A stretch of DNA of 63,805 bases, filler included, from Octopus bimaculoides (GCF_001194135.2; 7 parts of 6 records of this genome joined end to end with filler, not necessarily neighbours in it); one strand, 5' to 3'. Positions 25,862 to 40,829 are shown, numbered from the whole stretch's first letter. Made by a program: numbers and translations. The notes: generated by a model from the letters alone, not told the origin.

Positions 25862-25985
25862 ACAACTGTGTTGAAGCTTACATGGATGATGTCTTCACTT
25901 ACACCATGGAGTGGAAAGATCATCTGAAGAGAATTCATACTTTCTTCGAAAGACTGTCTGAAGCAAAATTAACTGTTGCCAAGGT
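25862..25985 (+). mobile_element. Ty3/Gypsy reverse transcriptase fragment
   Basis: NCVEAYMDDVFTYTMEWKDHLKRIHTFFERLSEAKLTV (YxDD plus the H-L..L..L..A.L.V helix). Confidence 0.8.
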
Positions 25986-26316
25986 TGGTTTTGAACCAGT
26001 GTAGTCATTAGATATATAGTCACCAATTAATCTCACGAAAATAAAAAGATTTACCTCCTTTTGCTTTGATCGGCTCAGAGAAATTAACAATTTAGGCAGA
26101 AATACTGGCGTTTGAGAAAAAATACGACCGTCATCTTCGATATTGAACTCTCTGTTATCAAGAACTCACATCTTCAATTTATACTTCCTGGACTCATGAC
26201 TCTGGTGACTATTTTACCTTGAATAATATTTGGCTATTGACTTAATTATTTTGTAACAACTCTGTACTGCCATTATTGCAAATTTTTACCATATTTCTCA
26301 ATACTCAACTTTTCAG

Positions 26317-26366
26317 ACCTGTTTGTTGTGCTTGCCGGTTTCAAGCGGGACTGTTTCCTTGTAACC
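26317..26366 (+). CDS. Candidate 50-nt internal exon
   Basis: Acceptor ctcaacttttcag|, donor ACC|gtaaga. GC-richer island reading xLFVVLAGFKRDCFLVT. Confidence 0.15.
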
Positions 26367-29300
26367 GTAAGAACTATCATATAAAAATGTGTAGTTATTG
26401 AAATTTATTTATCAGAGAGAATCTATTAATAATTCGAAACATTCAACAATTGTTCTGATATAGTTTGTAATGAATTTAGAATTGATGAAAACACTAATAA
26501 CATCTAACTTTATGTTCTTTTTTTTCTCAGCTGGTTTTATATAAATTTTAAGATGCACACATTCTGTACATGACAATATCGAAGTAATCACAAGATATCT
26601 ATTCAAATTTGGTTTTCTTCATTCAGATGAAATTATAATAAAAATGCTACAATATAAGATGAATAGTTGCATATTTATCTGAATCGATCGTAGAAAAATC
26701 TGCATTTGGTTGGATTGTTATTTATATTCACTGAATATTTGACCAGCTGCTTCAAGTTCAATATCGCAATACGATGTGATGTATTTCTAAGAACGATAAA
26801 TAATTTGATATCCTGTTCACAATAAAGATGTATGATGATCGTACTGCCTTTAGAAACGACGCTTTTCTATAAGATCTAAATCTAAGATTCTGTTGCAAAA
26901 GGCAATTTAATTCACGATATGTGTTGCACTTGTCAATTTTTCAATGAAAAGACGGAAAATCAAGTCTCCCGCGTAAGTCTTCTGGATGTAAAAATTCAAT
27001 AGCATAGGCAACTTTAGAATATGAGCTAACAGAAATTGAACAGGATCTTAGATCGGTGTAACAACCTTTGTTAGGAATTAGTGACGGTGCTTCTTCTACG
27101 ATCATAAAATAAACCATTTTACATTGCATTATTAAAAACAATCGTATTGATAGATAACATTTCATCATACAAGTAGAGAGAACTATCTGTAACAATGTAT
27201 ATGAGGAAAAATCATTAAACATATGTATGTTAGTAAAATATAATAATAATTCTACTGAGTTGATGACTTGCAACTTTACAGTAAAAATAGATTGGTTGAA
27301 GTTACGATTCCCTCGAATGTTTAACGTCAGTATATGATGAAATATAGTTTCGGACGATATCTCATTACAATGAGACGTTACAATATTCCTCAGTAATGCT
27401 ATCGTTGCTGAAACACTTAACGCTACCTGACTTTATTCATCTAACAGTCAATAGGAATGATGAATAACTTCACTTTGTCGTTACATCTAGCAGTGTCCAC
27501 CATAAAATTGACGAGTTGTTCGCAACATTGTTTTACAGAATTAACAAATTGATTTGAGTGTAATGTTGATTTGGATTGTGCTGATATCTATGAGGTTAAT
27601 CACTACATACGCTTGAAACTGGCGAAAGCCAACAATTAATAGTATAACAAAGCTAGTAAAGAACGAGACATTATTATTTTTATTTTTCTGGGTGAAAGTT
27701 ATGCTGGAAATATTTGAAAGCAAGTCGAAAACTTGATTCTTATATCACAGTTAAAGTGATTATAATTATAATTTATGGAAACATCATTTCAATGAAAGAT
27801 ACGAGTGTCATCTCATTATTTATACAAGATGTCAACTCATTATTTATAACATTCTGCTAGATTTTAGCAAATTAGAACCATTCGTTTAGACGTTAAAATT
27901 ATTTCGAAATATTACGATTTATTGAATATGTTAACACTTTTAAAGTATGGAGGCTAGGTATTGTTGAAGCATTGCATAAACTGGATTACATTTTAAGCTG
28001 CTACTCCACTGTTTTACACGTGATACACTAATTGTTGTCGTATTCTCCAATCGTTGCTGTTTAAAATTAGCGCACTGCTAACAAATAGATAAAATATCAC
28101 CATTTGGTAAACAGTGAAACGGTATCGTCAGCAGTTAGCGGTTTGTACACTACAAATAATAAAGGCATTACTACATATGAGTAATAATGTTCGCTATTCA
28201 AATTTTATTTAACGAACAAAAAAAGACATCAACGATAATCTCATATCAATTATAACTTGTTTGTTTATTACTATCAGCAGCACCAAACGTCAACATCATA
28301 AAACAATACATTTGTAACCAAATTTATGACACACCCTAGAAAACAGTTTACTTAACGTTTAAACCGTTTATAACAATTTTACAATTATCTGATGTTATCA
28401 CATGAGACGTTATTCTAATATACATCTATTTTCGAGTATTAAATCTACACAACTTTAACAAAATAACTAATGTGAACATTTAATAATACCTCAGCTCAAG
28501 AATATGCATTTAGTAATGCATCTGAGAAGCTGTAAATATAAATATTTGATATGTTACCGTCTCAGAGTAAATTTTGCAAGCATTTGTAAATGTAGTATAA
28601 AAGTTTTGAGTAACCAGAATATATGATCAATAAGCATAATGTTGTCAAGGAAGTATCCAATATACGTTTAGTTACCCAAGACAATCTAAAGGAGACTTTA
28701 CCTTAATATTCGCTTCTTAATTATATGTTAGTGTTTTGAACCAAATGTCATTAACTCCTTTGATGTTAACATCTACGTTTTCACAAACTGTACGACGCTG
28801 CTGCTTACACTAAATCCATGAAGTGAAGCGTACTTGTTGGTACTTGTTTATTCGATATTTCTCCTAAATTTTTTTTCACTAAACTTCAATTCAGTTAATG
28901 GGTTCAATTTCGTCTGTGCCATTCCATATTCTTATTGATTCTTTTCTAATTTCACCCAGTGGTGAGACTCATCTACGTTGAATTATATAACTTAATAATC
29001 ATCTCTCTACAGTTCGGAGCAATAAGACGGGTGGGTTTGCTAAGTGCATCAAGGATGAATAATCCCCCAAATCTGGTTAATTTGTTTCCGCCGTAGCCCA
29101 CTACCAAGCGGCCACAGAGAGGTTTACACAAACGCTAGACATAGTAAAAATGGTGTTGTTATAAGACTGACTGCTTTGCATTCATTACTATAAAAGTCAT
29201 ACTACCGATGAAAATTGCTTATCTTTGATACACTTAAATGGGGCACTACCACATTATAACTCCCAATTGTATGGCTTAGGAATAACATATATAGCCACGA

Positions 29301-29745
29301 TATGGATGCACTTAAGAAGTACTTGAGGGCTATATTCAAGGAATTTGTTTTAACCTTATCTATAAGCATAACTTAAGGTTACCTATCCTTTTCATCAAAA
29401 CACTATATTTAATCACATGCACACACGCGCATGCGCATGCGCTCACACACTCGCACTAACGCTCACACACACACACATTACTATAGGAAAATACTAATGG
29501 GTAAATGATATACGCCCACAAATATTCTAAACTTCGCCAGCTATAAGTCTCCTGTTATTATGCTACTCTAGAAGGAAGCAGCTTGAATGAGAAACTGGTA
29601 TATAGTTATCAACCTCATAAATATGCAAAACAAGAGGAAAGATGTTAAGCAAGTTCATCCGAAGATATATTTACATAATTTGGAGAAAAAGTTAGATATG
29701 GGCACCTACATGCGTGAATATACACGCTCAAACACGCGCACACAT

Positions 29746-29817
<72 letters not shown>

Positions 29818-29909
29818 ACATACAAACATCAAATAAAATTCATCTTCATTCTACCACAAATGTTCAGCTTTTCGATTAATGGAATTACCTACTCATAGAA
29901 TTAACCTAA

Positions 29910-30010
29910 GTGACTGAGTATTCCACAGGCATTTGTATGTTAAACGTAATTTTCAAGAGCAAGGTCAGCGTGACAAAGTGTGTGACAAGGCTACAGTTTA
30001 GAATTTCAAA
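29910..30010 (-). mobile_element. Degenerate SINE A-tail fragment
   Basis: gagtattccacag...cagcgtgacaaagtgtgtgacaaggct. Confidence 0.5.
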
Positions 30011-30624
30011 TACGATCATTTCAATGGACTTTCGAACGGTATTCTTCTATTCATTTTTTTAAAATGTTTTAATACAGGAAACTAAAATTCACACCCAACG
30101 AGAATACAATTTCTGATTATCACAAATTTAAATCAGTAAAACCGGAAACAACTCCATGTAGAGAACTAGTAATTATTAAGAAAAAGGCTGTTATTGATTA
30201 TTGTGACAGAGTAAGAAGAGATATTTTTTCCTTTCTACATTAATCGATAAAACATTAAGTTAAGTTGAGTTTGCCTTTACAAGTATTCAAGATGGAATAA
30301 AAGCTAGTTTTCAAGATATCGTCACGATGATTATATGAGTAGACACCTTTCGCTGACACTTTCTATCAAAAGATTTGCTTAATGAGTTTGAATGAAGAAG
30401 TCCAATGGTTTTTGTCTTTGTTTTACTGATTTGTGCGTAAATTGATATACCTCGTCTCTCTTATGTCGTCAAAGTCGTGTTTTTATAATACCATTTCAGC
30501 TGCTGGTTTGTTTAACTACAGGGCTTTTACTAATTCAGAATTGATTTCAATAACATGAGAGGTTTAATGGCGTATTTTAATATCGTCCGTTGCAAGAATC
30601 ATAAAATAATTAACTGCCAATAGA

Positions 30625-30840
30625 CGTATATTCTTTTATTTATTGTTTCAGTCATTTGACTGCGGACATGCTGGAGCACCGCCTTTATTCGAACAAATAG
30701 ACCCCAGGACTTATTCTTTGTAACCTAGTACTAATTGTCTCGGTATCTTTTGCCGAACCGCTAAGTTACGTGTATGCAAACACACTGGCATCGGTTGCCA
30801 AGCGATGGTGGGGAGACAAACACACACAATTGCATACATA
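30625..30840 (-). mobile_element. SINE family B, 3' half
   Basis: gtttcagtcatttgactgcggacatgctggagcaccgcc...ttgccgaaccgctaagttacg. Confidence 0.8.
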
Positions 30841-30920
30841 CATACATACATACGTACATACATACATACATATATAATGGATATTAGCGTCAAATCTCTC
30901 TCTTAAATTTAAATTTATGA

Positions 30921-30959
<39 letters not shown>

Positions 30960-31639
30960 GAGTGGAGGCAATACGAGCGGAAAACTAGAGGGACATGACC
31001 TATTATCCATGACCTATTATATGCACACTTACTTCGACATTAATAAAGTGGCATAAAGCTCAACATAATAGAAGTATTAATAAGATACAGGCATATAGAC
31101 ATATACATATTTTTATAAGCCCCCAATATCTGAAAATTTCAAAAAACCATTTATAAATACATAGGCATTTTAAAAATATACAGGTAAAATAAATACAAAA
31201 TATACACATAATAAGATATAAAAACGTCGATGTTATATAAAACATAGTGAATTATAAGTTCACACGATATACTATAGAGGAATAGAAATTTAGAGGTCAG
31301 AATACAAGCATTTAGAATATTTAAAAACACTTAGATATTTAAAAATATATAAAAACATTTATAAATACATAGACATTTTAAAATAGAAGATGTCGATATG
31401 AAATAGGATATAGTAACTTATAAGTTCATAGGATATGTTATAAGGACTAAAGATTTCAAGTTAGAACACAAAGCGTGTGGAAAGTCAGACATTTTACAGC
31501 CTTAAACAGATATACTAAAATTAGAGACAATGTTCATTGGATCCAAAAGATCCATCGACGGGCCGTTTCGGAGACGTGTTAGTTAATATGACATGAATTT
31601 CAAATATGAAATGTGTGTCCTTGTGCTTGTGTTTGTATG

Positions 31640-31855
31640 TGTCCTTGTACTTGTGTTCGTCCCCACTTTCCACTGCTTTACAATCGGTGTTGGTATGTTT
31701 ACTCCTCATAACCTAGTGATTTGGCAAAAGAGACTGATAGAATAAATTGTAGGCTTTAAAAAAGTAGTACCGGGGGTTAATTAGTTCGAATAAAATTCTT
31801 TAAAACAGTGCCCCAATATGGCAGAAGTCTAATGGGTGGAAGAAGTAGACGAGAA
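31640..31855 (+). mobile_element. SINE family B, degenerate 3' half
   Basis: ggcaaaagagactgatagaataa...gtgccccaatatggcagaagtctaatg. Confidence 0.65.
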
Positions 31856-31969
31856 TTGGTTACACAAACAGTAAAATAGAACTCAAGATCAATTAATTAA
31901 TTGTATGGCGTATCAAGCATTATCCACGTGACATTGTAATCGTTTTATAATTCATTTCTGAACTCTACA

Positions 31970-32140
31970 TAGGTGCAGGAGTGGCTGTGTGGTAAGTTGC
32001 TTGCGTACAAACCATATGGATCTGGGTTCAGTCCCACTACATGGCACCTCGGGCAAGTGTCTTCTACTATAGTTTGGGGCAAACCAAAGCCTTGTAAGTG
32101 GATATGGTAGACGGAAACTGAAAGAAGCCCGTCGTATATA
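31970..32140 (+). mobile_element. SINE family B, 5' half
   Basis: caggagtggctgtgtggtaag...ggttcagtcccact...gaaagaagcccgtcg. Confidence 0.85.
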
Positions 32141-33570
32141 TATATATATATATGGAAGATATGCACGTTTACTATATGTTCTTGCTTATTTTCTCTCTCT
32201 ACTTCTCCCTTCCTATTCCCAGCCTTTCTCTCTTTTCTTCCTTTGCTATCTTTCTTCTTTTCCATTTCTTTCTTTCTTTTTTCTCTTTCTTTCTTTCTTT
32301 ATTCTCTTTCTTTCTTCTTTTCCTTTTTTTATGATAACTGCATTCTCCCGCCACCCCTTTTCCCATATTTAACGTTATTATAGATACGTTACTCTTTACC
32401 CCTCCACTCCATAGCTTAAGATACAATTTACGTTACCAGCGCATAGGTTTTTCACGTGCAAACTTAAATGCGTGTGTGTGTGTATATGTGTGTAGATTTG
32501 TACTTATGTATATATCTGTGCCTTGTAAATATAGGCCTATATACGTAGATTGTCTGTGCGTATGCAACTGTGTATTTCGATGTATATATTTATATATATA
32601 TATATATATGTTGTGGATAGCCTTGTATACGTACACGCTATTGTAATTTTATTTTATTTTATTTTATTTTGAATGCAGCGTATACTTTATTTTATTGATT
32701 TGATTTTAATGCGTTAATTCGAATATAATTAATTATTTATAATGTGTATTTTGAGCCCATTTTTCTATTTAAGGTTTTCTTCGATATTTTTAATAGGATG
32801 AATCTGTATTAAATTTATTTGGTCTGTGCATTACGCATCCATGACCGTTAANNNNNNNNNNNNNNNNNNNNNNNNNNNNNNNNNNNNNNNNNNNNNNNNN
32901 NNNNNNNNNNNNNNNNNNNNNNNNNNNNNNNNNNNNNNNNNNNNNNNNNNNNNNNNNNNNNNNNNNNNNNNNNNNNNNNNNNNNNNNNNNNNNNNNNNNN
33001 NNNNNNNNNNNNNNNNNNNNNNNNNNNNNNNNNNNNNNNNNNNNNNNNNNNNNNNNNNNNNNNNNNNNNNNNNNNNNNNNNNNNNNNNNNNNNNNNNNNN
33101 NNNNNNNNNNNNNNNNNNNNNNNNNNNNNNNNNNNNNNNNNNNNNNNNNNNNNNNNNNNNNNNNNNNNNNNNNNNNNNNNNNNNNNNNNNNNNNNNNNNN
33201 NNNNNNNNNNNNNNNNNNNNNNNNNNNNNNNNNNNNNNNNNNNNNNNNNNNNNNNNNNNNNNNNNNNNNNNNNNNNNNNNNNNNNNNNNNNNNNNNNNNN
33301 NNNNNNNNNNNNNNNNNNNNNNNNNNNNNNNNNNNNNNNNNNNNNNNNNNNNNNNNNNNNNNNNNNNNNNNNNNNNNNNNNNNNNNNNNNNNNNNNNNNN
33401 NNNNNNNNNNNNNNNNNNNNNNNNNNNNNNNNNNNNNNNNNNNNNNNNNNNNNNNNNNNNNNNNNNNNNNNNNNNNNNNNNNNNNNNNNNNNNNNNNNNN
33501 NNNNNNNNNNNNNNNNNNNNNNNNNNNNNNNNNNNNNNNNNNNNNNNNNNNNNNNNNNNNNNNNNNNNNN

Positions 33571-33601
<31 letters not shown>

Positions 33602-34736
33602 CATACATGTTTGGAACCTCAGAAGTGGTAAATATTCAAGCGAGGTGTATATCGCAGGCTACTCTTCAGGCCAAGGGTATCTTGATTAAATCGTCGCAAG
33701 GAGGTATATATTAACACATGGAAGATTCAATCGGAATATGTTGAATTTTACCGGTCAAATGACTTTGCCTAAATTCCTCATTTCTCTCACTCCCTTATAT
33801 TTTCTTCTTTTTTTCCTCCTTTTAATTCCTATTTCTCTCTACATTTATATTCTCCTCTCCTAGAGTGTCCTCTACACATTCTGATTGAATCTACCGTGTG
33901 TTAACATGTACCTCCTTGCGACAACGCAAACTTTCATTTAATTAAGATATCTTTGACTTGAAGAGTATGCCTGCGTTATACACCTCGCTTGTATATTTAC
34001 CACTTATGAGATTCCGCTCGCTATGAAACATAAATAGCCCGGATCTTAACTACTCCATTTCTTAACTCTTGTATTCTTATTCCCACACGCGGTAAACCCG
34101 GTCCCCTACCGTGAAATATAAAACGAGCTTGGTTTCAGTTTATCGTACTTCGATACGAAAAATAATCCACAACCTTCCGTCTCCTTAAACCACTATTGTC
34201 GCTGAAAGTTGTATTTTATATTTACTACGGGTTGCTTGAAGCTAACGTTCGTCCTACACCTCGATCCCAACCCTGGAATGTCTACCTTTATAAGTAGGAG
34301 GCTGTAACATCCTTGGTACTTAGGTGAATTTTTTGCTATCCTGGTAACTATCTATTTTTTCCGTGTTATTTGTACACATTGAAAAAATACACATACATTT
34401 GTATATATATANNNNNNNNNNNNNNNNNNNNNNNNNNNNNNNNNNNNNNNNNNNNNNNNNNNNNNNNNNNNNNNNNNNNNNNNNNNNNNNNNNNNNNNNN
34501 NNNNNNNNNNNNNNNNNNNNNNNNNNNNNNNNNNNNNNNNNNNNNNNNNNNNNNNNNNNNNNNNNNNNNNNNNNNNNNNNNNNNNNNNNNNNNNNNNNNN
34601 NNNNNNNNNNNNNNNNNNNNNNNNNNNNNNNNNNNNNNNNNNNNNNNNNNNNNNNNNNNNNNATACACCTATATATACGTATATATACGTGTATATATTC
34701 TTTGATAATATATAATATACTTTAAGGTATCATATC

Positions 34737-34794
<58 letters not shown>

Positions 34795-35924
34795 TTATCT
34801 ATCTATATATCTATGCATTTCTCTCTCCATATGTTATATGTACATATAGATTGAGAGGGTGAGCGAAAGAGAGGGGGAGAAGAAAGAGAGAAAAAGAGAA
34901 TGACAGAGCTAATTTCCTAGAAGTTTAGTTACACTTACATACATTTATACTTATGTACCATTTAGTTTTGTATAAAGAAATCCCACACATCTGTAACATG
35001 AAAAATCAGTAATATATCACTCCTTTCACACAAGTCTGTAATTGTATACATCAGCACAATTTTTATGCTGTCGTTGTAAAACACTATCGAAAAGATATAT
35101 TGTATATTATGATGTATCTCACTCTTTCTTAAAATGTGTCTTCTTTTGAAAAATCCGTTGATTATTGAAATGATGCTATTGATTTTTATGAAAACATTAA
35201 CAGAAAAAAACTAAACTTTACAAAGAAGTAGCTTTTTTATCACGTATTGTTATTTAAGCCTACATGATAATTCTTGATTCTTTAGAAAACATATAAATGA
35301 TGAAGCTTTGTTAGTAACATTAGCATTAAATCTAATTATCTGAGTCTCTTTTTGCATGGCAAAATATCTGAAAGCTATAATGTTATTTGATCCTGGAAAT
35401 ATGTAGTATATATAGAAGAATTCGGCAAAATATAAAGGAAATGAAAACAAAGGCATAAGAAAGAATTATAGATATTGTTACCTAAATAATAAATAAAATC
35501 GCAGGGACAATAATTTCCAATTTAAACAAAAGCAACGCATAGAAAACAAACAGTAATACACAACATACGTGTATTTAAAATCGATAGTAATATTGTCTAG
35601 GAGAAAAGATTTATCAGCAGGGTGATAATACCTAGCGTTTTATTTATAAATATATATTCGAATTTAACGAACTTCGCCTGCAGCTAGAGTTGTGGTTACA
35701 TAGCCTAAGGCTTCATCTGATGAATACAATTCCCAAGTAGGTGTACTAAGATACCCCGCTATTCCTTATAATGGTCAAATATTATTAATTTTGTTTTACT
35801 GTTTATCCTCTTAATTCGTTCTCTATTGCAAGAAGTGTGATATAGCTTTGATATGAATAGAACGATGTTAATTTTTTTCTGTCATCGTTGAATCGATCAA
35901 GTATGGGAGCTTTTAACTTCTATC

Positions 35925-36134
35925 TTTTACTTGTTTCAGTCATTAGACTGCGGCCATGCTGGGGCACCGCCTTGAATTTTTGGTCGAATGTATCGGCCCC
36001 ACTACTTATTTTTTAAGCCTGGTTCTTATTTTATCGTCTATTTAGCCTAACCGCTAGGTTACAGGGACGTAAACAGATCAATACCGGTTGCTAAGCGGTA
36101 ATGGGGGACAAACACAGACACAAAGACACACACA

Positions 36135-36182
<48 letters not shown>

Positions 36183-36345
36183 ACAGGTTTCTTTCAGTTT
36201 CTGTCTACCGTATCCACTCACAAGGCTTTGGTCAGCCCGAGGCTATAGTAGAAGACACTTGACCAAGGTGCCACGTAGTAGGACTGAACCCAGAACCATA
36301 TGGTTGGTAAGCAAGCTTCTTACCACACAGCCACTCCGTTAAAAT
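35925..36345 (-). mobile_element. SINE family B, full copy with central (CA)n
   Basis: Both halves present around a CA microsatellite. Confidence 0.9.
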
Positions 36346-36436
36346 TTTACATGATTACTGCATCACTGAAATTTGGAATTTACCAATCTATCCGTAATGT
36401 ACGTAAGCTGATTGAAGAACGTATTATTCGGTCTGT

Positions 36437-36745
36437 GTGGAAGCGCAATGGCCCAGAGCGAAAACACCTAAAGCTCCATGAGGCTCCGGCAGGGAATGGT
36501 GGCGAACCCTGCTGTACTCTTTCACCACAACTTTCTCTCACTGTAACTTCCTGTTTCTGTTGTGCCTGTAATTCAAAAGCTCAGCCTTGTCACACTGTGT
36601 CACGCTGAATATCCCCGAGAACTACGTTAAGGTTACACGTGTCTGTGGAGTGCTCAGCCCCTTGCACGTTAATTTCACGAGCAGGCTGTTCCGTTGATCG
36701 GATCAACTGGAACCCTCGACGTCGTAAGCGACGAAGTGCCAACAA
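36437..36745 (+). mobile_element. SINE family A with internal deletion of most of the tRNA head
   Basis: ggcccag is joined directly to agcgaaaacacc; 12-bp TSD tattcggtctgt. Confidence 0.9.
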
Positions 36746-37702
36746 TATTCGGTCTGTCAGGAGTTTCANNNNNNNNNNNNNNNNNNNNNNNNNNNNNNNN
36801 NNNNNNNNNNNNNNNNNNNNNNNNNNNNNNNNNNNNNNNNNNNNNNNNNNNNNNNNNNNNNNNNNNNNNNNNNNNNNNNNNNNNNNNNNNNNNNNNNNNN
36901 NNNNNNNNNNNNNNNNNNNNNNNNNNNNNNNNNNNNNNNNNNNNNNNNNNNNNNNNNNNNNNNNNNNNNNNNNNNNNNNNNNNNNNNNNNNNNNNNNNNN
37001 NNNNNNNNNNNNNNNNNNNNNNNNNNNNNNNNNNNNNNNNNNNNNNNNNNNNNNNNNNNNNNNNNNNNNNNNNNNNNNNNNNNNNNNNNNNNNNNNNNNN
37101 NNNNNNNNNNNNNNNNNNNNNNNNNNNNNNNNNNNNNNNNNNNNNNNNNNNNNNNNNNNNNNNNNNNNNNNNNNNNNNNNNNNNNNNNNNNNNNNNNNNN
37201 NNNNNNNNNNNNNNNNNNNNNNNNNNNNNNNNNNNNNNNNNNNNNNNNNNNNNNNNNNNNNNNNNNNNNNNNNNNNNNNNNNNNNNNNNNNNNNNNNNNN
37301 NNNNNNNNNNNNNNNNNNNNNNNNNNNNNNNNNNNNNNNNNNNNNNNNNNNNNNNNNNNNNNNNNNNNNNNNNNNNNNNNNNNNNNNNNNNNNNNNNNNN
37401 NNNNNNNNNNNNNNNNNNNNNNNNNNNNNNNNNNNNNNNNNNNNNNNNNNNNNNNNNNNNNNNNNNNNNNNNNNNNNNNNNNNNNNNNNNNNNNNNNNNN
37501 NNNNNNNNNNNNNNNNNNNNNNNNNNNNNNNNNNNNNNNNNNNNNNNNNNNNNNNNNNNNNNNNNNNNNNNNNNNNNNNNNNNNNNNNNNNNNNNNNNNN
37601 NNNNNNNNNNNNNNNNNNNNNNNNNNNNNNNNNNNNNNNNNNNNNNNNNNNNNNNNNNNNNNNNNNNNNATATATATATATATATATGCATATATACATA
37701 TG

Positions 37703-37737
<35 letters not shown>

Positions 37738-40565
37738 TTATCTTCTTTCTTGATTTATGGCGTTAGGTTGGGATGTGATCGAACTTTTGTTGTTATTTAC
37801 AGTAGGACAAGCAACTGCGCATGAAACTTTATTAGTATAACACATAATTTCATAAAGTAACAATATTCCGTCTGTTGACATCATATTTTTGAATTATTTT
37901 ATGAAGACTACATATGAACACTTATTTAGAAATAATTTGGTAAACGATAAAACAGTTAATTTGAAAGGGGGAAATAGTTAAACATCCCCCCACCCCCTAC
38001 ACATATATACTCATATATAAAAGTAATTTGTTCAGCTTCACTTGTATATGCAAACACTAATTTCGTCTCTTTTTCAAAATAATAATGACTATAAGAATAT
38101 GGTCTGCGAAAACAGTGCAAATTATATTTGTGAGCAGAAGTGATAGAAAAGCGGATGAAAAGATAATGTAGTAGACAAAACTATAGGAGTGTGGATATTT
38201 GCAGTGATTGGGGGTTGCAGAGTGTTAGATGTGGGCTTTGAGAAAAGGTGACTATCACACAATTAAGAAAAAAGGAAAATGAATTAAAAATGTTCGTAAG
38301 TTATTAAATAACATGTATAGTGGAAATTAGAATGCTTGATACCTATTTTTGTTTTCAATTTTATTTGTAAAGGCATGTATATTTGCATCACTATGATAAG
38401 GATTCAAATAAAAAATATGATTACTAAATTAATAATAATTTCCGGCTGGTGGTTTCTAACGGTCCAATTCCGTCACTGGATATTTACATGTGATGCTTTG
38501 CTTAAATATATGAACGCTACAGCATCTTACAATGCGAGGCAATTATTGCTGCTCAAAGAACAACGCTGTGGCTTTTGTATTTTAATTTTTTCACAAACAT
38601 TATTTTAAGTATTATAAAATCCGGAGGGTATACATGTAATTTTAATAGAACTTCGAGAGAAAAAGTTTAATTCAAAATAAACTTTAATTCTATAATACAA
38701 ATAACATTACGAGGAAATGAATTGCATGCTGCAAAATTATACCGAAGCGAGAAATAACTCTTATTTAAAACCTTTTTTTGAATTGATTGTTCTTTCCCTC
38801 CAAGATTTGAAACAAGACAATCTATTAGAAATATCGTGGATACAAAAACAGTAGTTAAGTAAATCGTAAAAAACGTAAATATAAACGACGTTTGGTGCAC
38901 AATGAAATTAAATATTGCTCTTACCTTAATTGAACTTTATTTGGTTCTTTAAATATTTACTTTTGAAGGCAAGAAAATTCAAGAGCACTTATTAAAAAAA
39001 GACAAACGAAGGAATCATTTCAAATAACTAATCCAGTTTAGATGCTATGGGTGTTGATTAAATTCTACAGCTAATCGATGGAAACTTTAAAAAATTCACC
39101 AGGAGATTCCTTCTTCATGCAATTTTGCTAATATCTGAAATTCGATGAATGTTTAATTTAGTGACAAATGGTGGAATTGTTAAAAATTGGCAATATTGTT
39201 GATGGAGTAATGGATGTCATTTTAGAATAAATTTTGTTCAAAATGAAAAAGTAGTGAACTTTTAGAAATATGTCCATACTGTATTTAGAAAGTATTTTGC
39301 AAAAATATGTTACTATATTACATAAAATATTTACTGTTGTAAACATATAAACAGCCATGAATTAGTTTATATAGTATTTTGAATATGCTATAAAATACAT
39401 GCTTAAGAAATGTAAGCTTGAACACATAAAGGTGGTATGAGAAGCAAACAAATGAAAACAAAACTATCTTAGATATAACCGGATTCATAGAAACAAGCTC
39501 AATAATAAACTGCTAGCAGCATAAAGGAAACAGCAAATTCAGAAAATGACTTTAACTTGGAAATATATCTGATGCTAAAAATGTATTGTGTAAGATGTAC
39601 TGAGTAAAAATGTATTGCGCAGCCAGGGCAAATCTAATAATGAATTTGCAGTTCCGGGATAGGGGACATTATTTCATACTTCGTATACAAGAGAAAGGCT
39701 TTGGTTTCACAAATAAAGAATTGAAAAATGCATTCTTGTGAATTGGACAAGGTTGCACTTAGCTTGTTAAATCTAAAGAGCGTGAAAGATTTTAGGAACA
39801 ATTAAAGACACAAATATGAAAGATGCAATTTTGTGGACGGACTAGTTGATGCAGCGAATTGGTTATTAAAAGTGAAATTGTTTGAAACACAGGCCAATCT
39901 AAACACAGGCCAATCAATGGCACTAGAATGAAAGGAATTATTATTAGTTGATGCCATACTCGTGTTTCCCTATTAATGAGCAAATAATTGAAGTTGTCAT
40001 TCGTAATTCATCAGTATAATTATGTAGTTTAATACATACCGTTTGGGATTAACTGCTCTTTTTAGCATGTAACGAGTCCTGTCGTAGGACTTCTCTTCGT
40101 GTATATGTCTTTATACACTCTTATACATGAAAATATGTTGTCATGACTTTTATTCCGCATGCGAACCACTGGTTTTAAATTATTCTAATTTCTGTTTACC
40201 CTTATGATATAGATANNNNNNNNNNNNNNNNNNNNNNNNNNNNNNNNNNNNNNNNNNNNNNNNNNNNNNNNNNNNNNNNNNNNNNNNNNNNNNNNNNNNN
40301 NNNNNNNNNNNNNNNNNNNNNNNNNNNNNNNNNNNNNNNNNNNNNNNNNNNNNNNNNNNNNNNNNNNNNNNNNNNNNNNNNNNNNNNNNNNNNNNNNNNN
40401 NNNNNNNNNNNNNNNNNNNNNNNNNNNNNNNNNNNNNNNNNNNNNNNNNNNNNNNNNNNNNNNNNNNNNNNNNNNNNNNNNNNNNNNNNNNNNNNNNNNN
40501 NNNNNNNNNNNNNNNNNNNNNNNNNNNNNNNNNNNNNNNNNNNNNNNNNNNNNNNNNNNNNNNNN

Positions 40566-40790
40566 GACCTCGTCTACAGAATTCATATTTTTTCCGTCCA
40601 AATGATTTTGAAAACTGCGGAATAAATTGACAATCAGATGGGGCAATGTCCGGCGAATATGGTAGGTGGGGCAACGTTTTCCATTCAAACTGCTCCAACC
40701 TTTGCAATGTCATCCTCGCTGTATGTAGCCGAGCATTATGCTGATGGAAGAAGACCTTTCGTCTTGAAACCAAAGATGGTCGTTTTATAT
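40566..40790 (-). mobile_element. Mariner transposase C-terminal remnant
   Basis: RKVFFHQHNARLHTARMTLQRLEQFEWKTLPHLPYSPDIAPSD (HDNARPH and YSPDLAPSD motifs), then FRSFQNHLDGKNMNSVDEV. Confidence 0.9.
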
Positions 40791-40829
40791 ATATATATAT
40801 ATATAGTTGAAGTTTACAGAAAAACAAAA

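Noticed and set aside
26941-27100. IEFLHPEDL as a PAS motif
   Set aside because: A short match with no surrounding PAS pattern or clear splice sites.
32790-37824. Long ORFs of 240-376 aa in the track (also at 8147, 52649 and 57918)
   Set aside because: They are open only because they run through N gaps.
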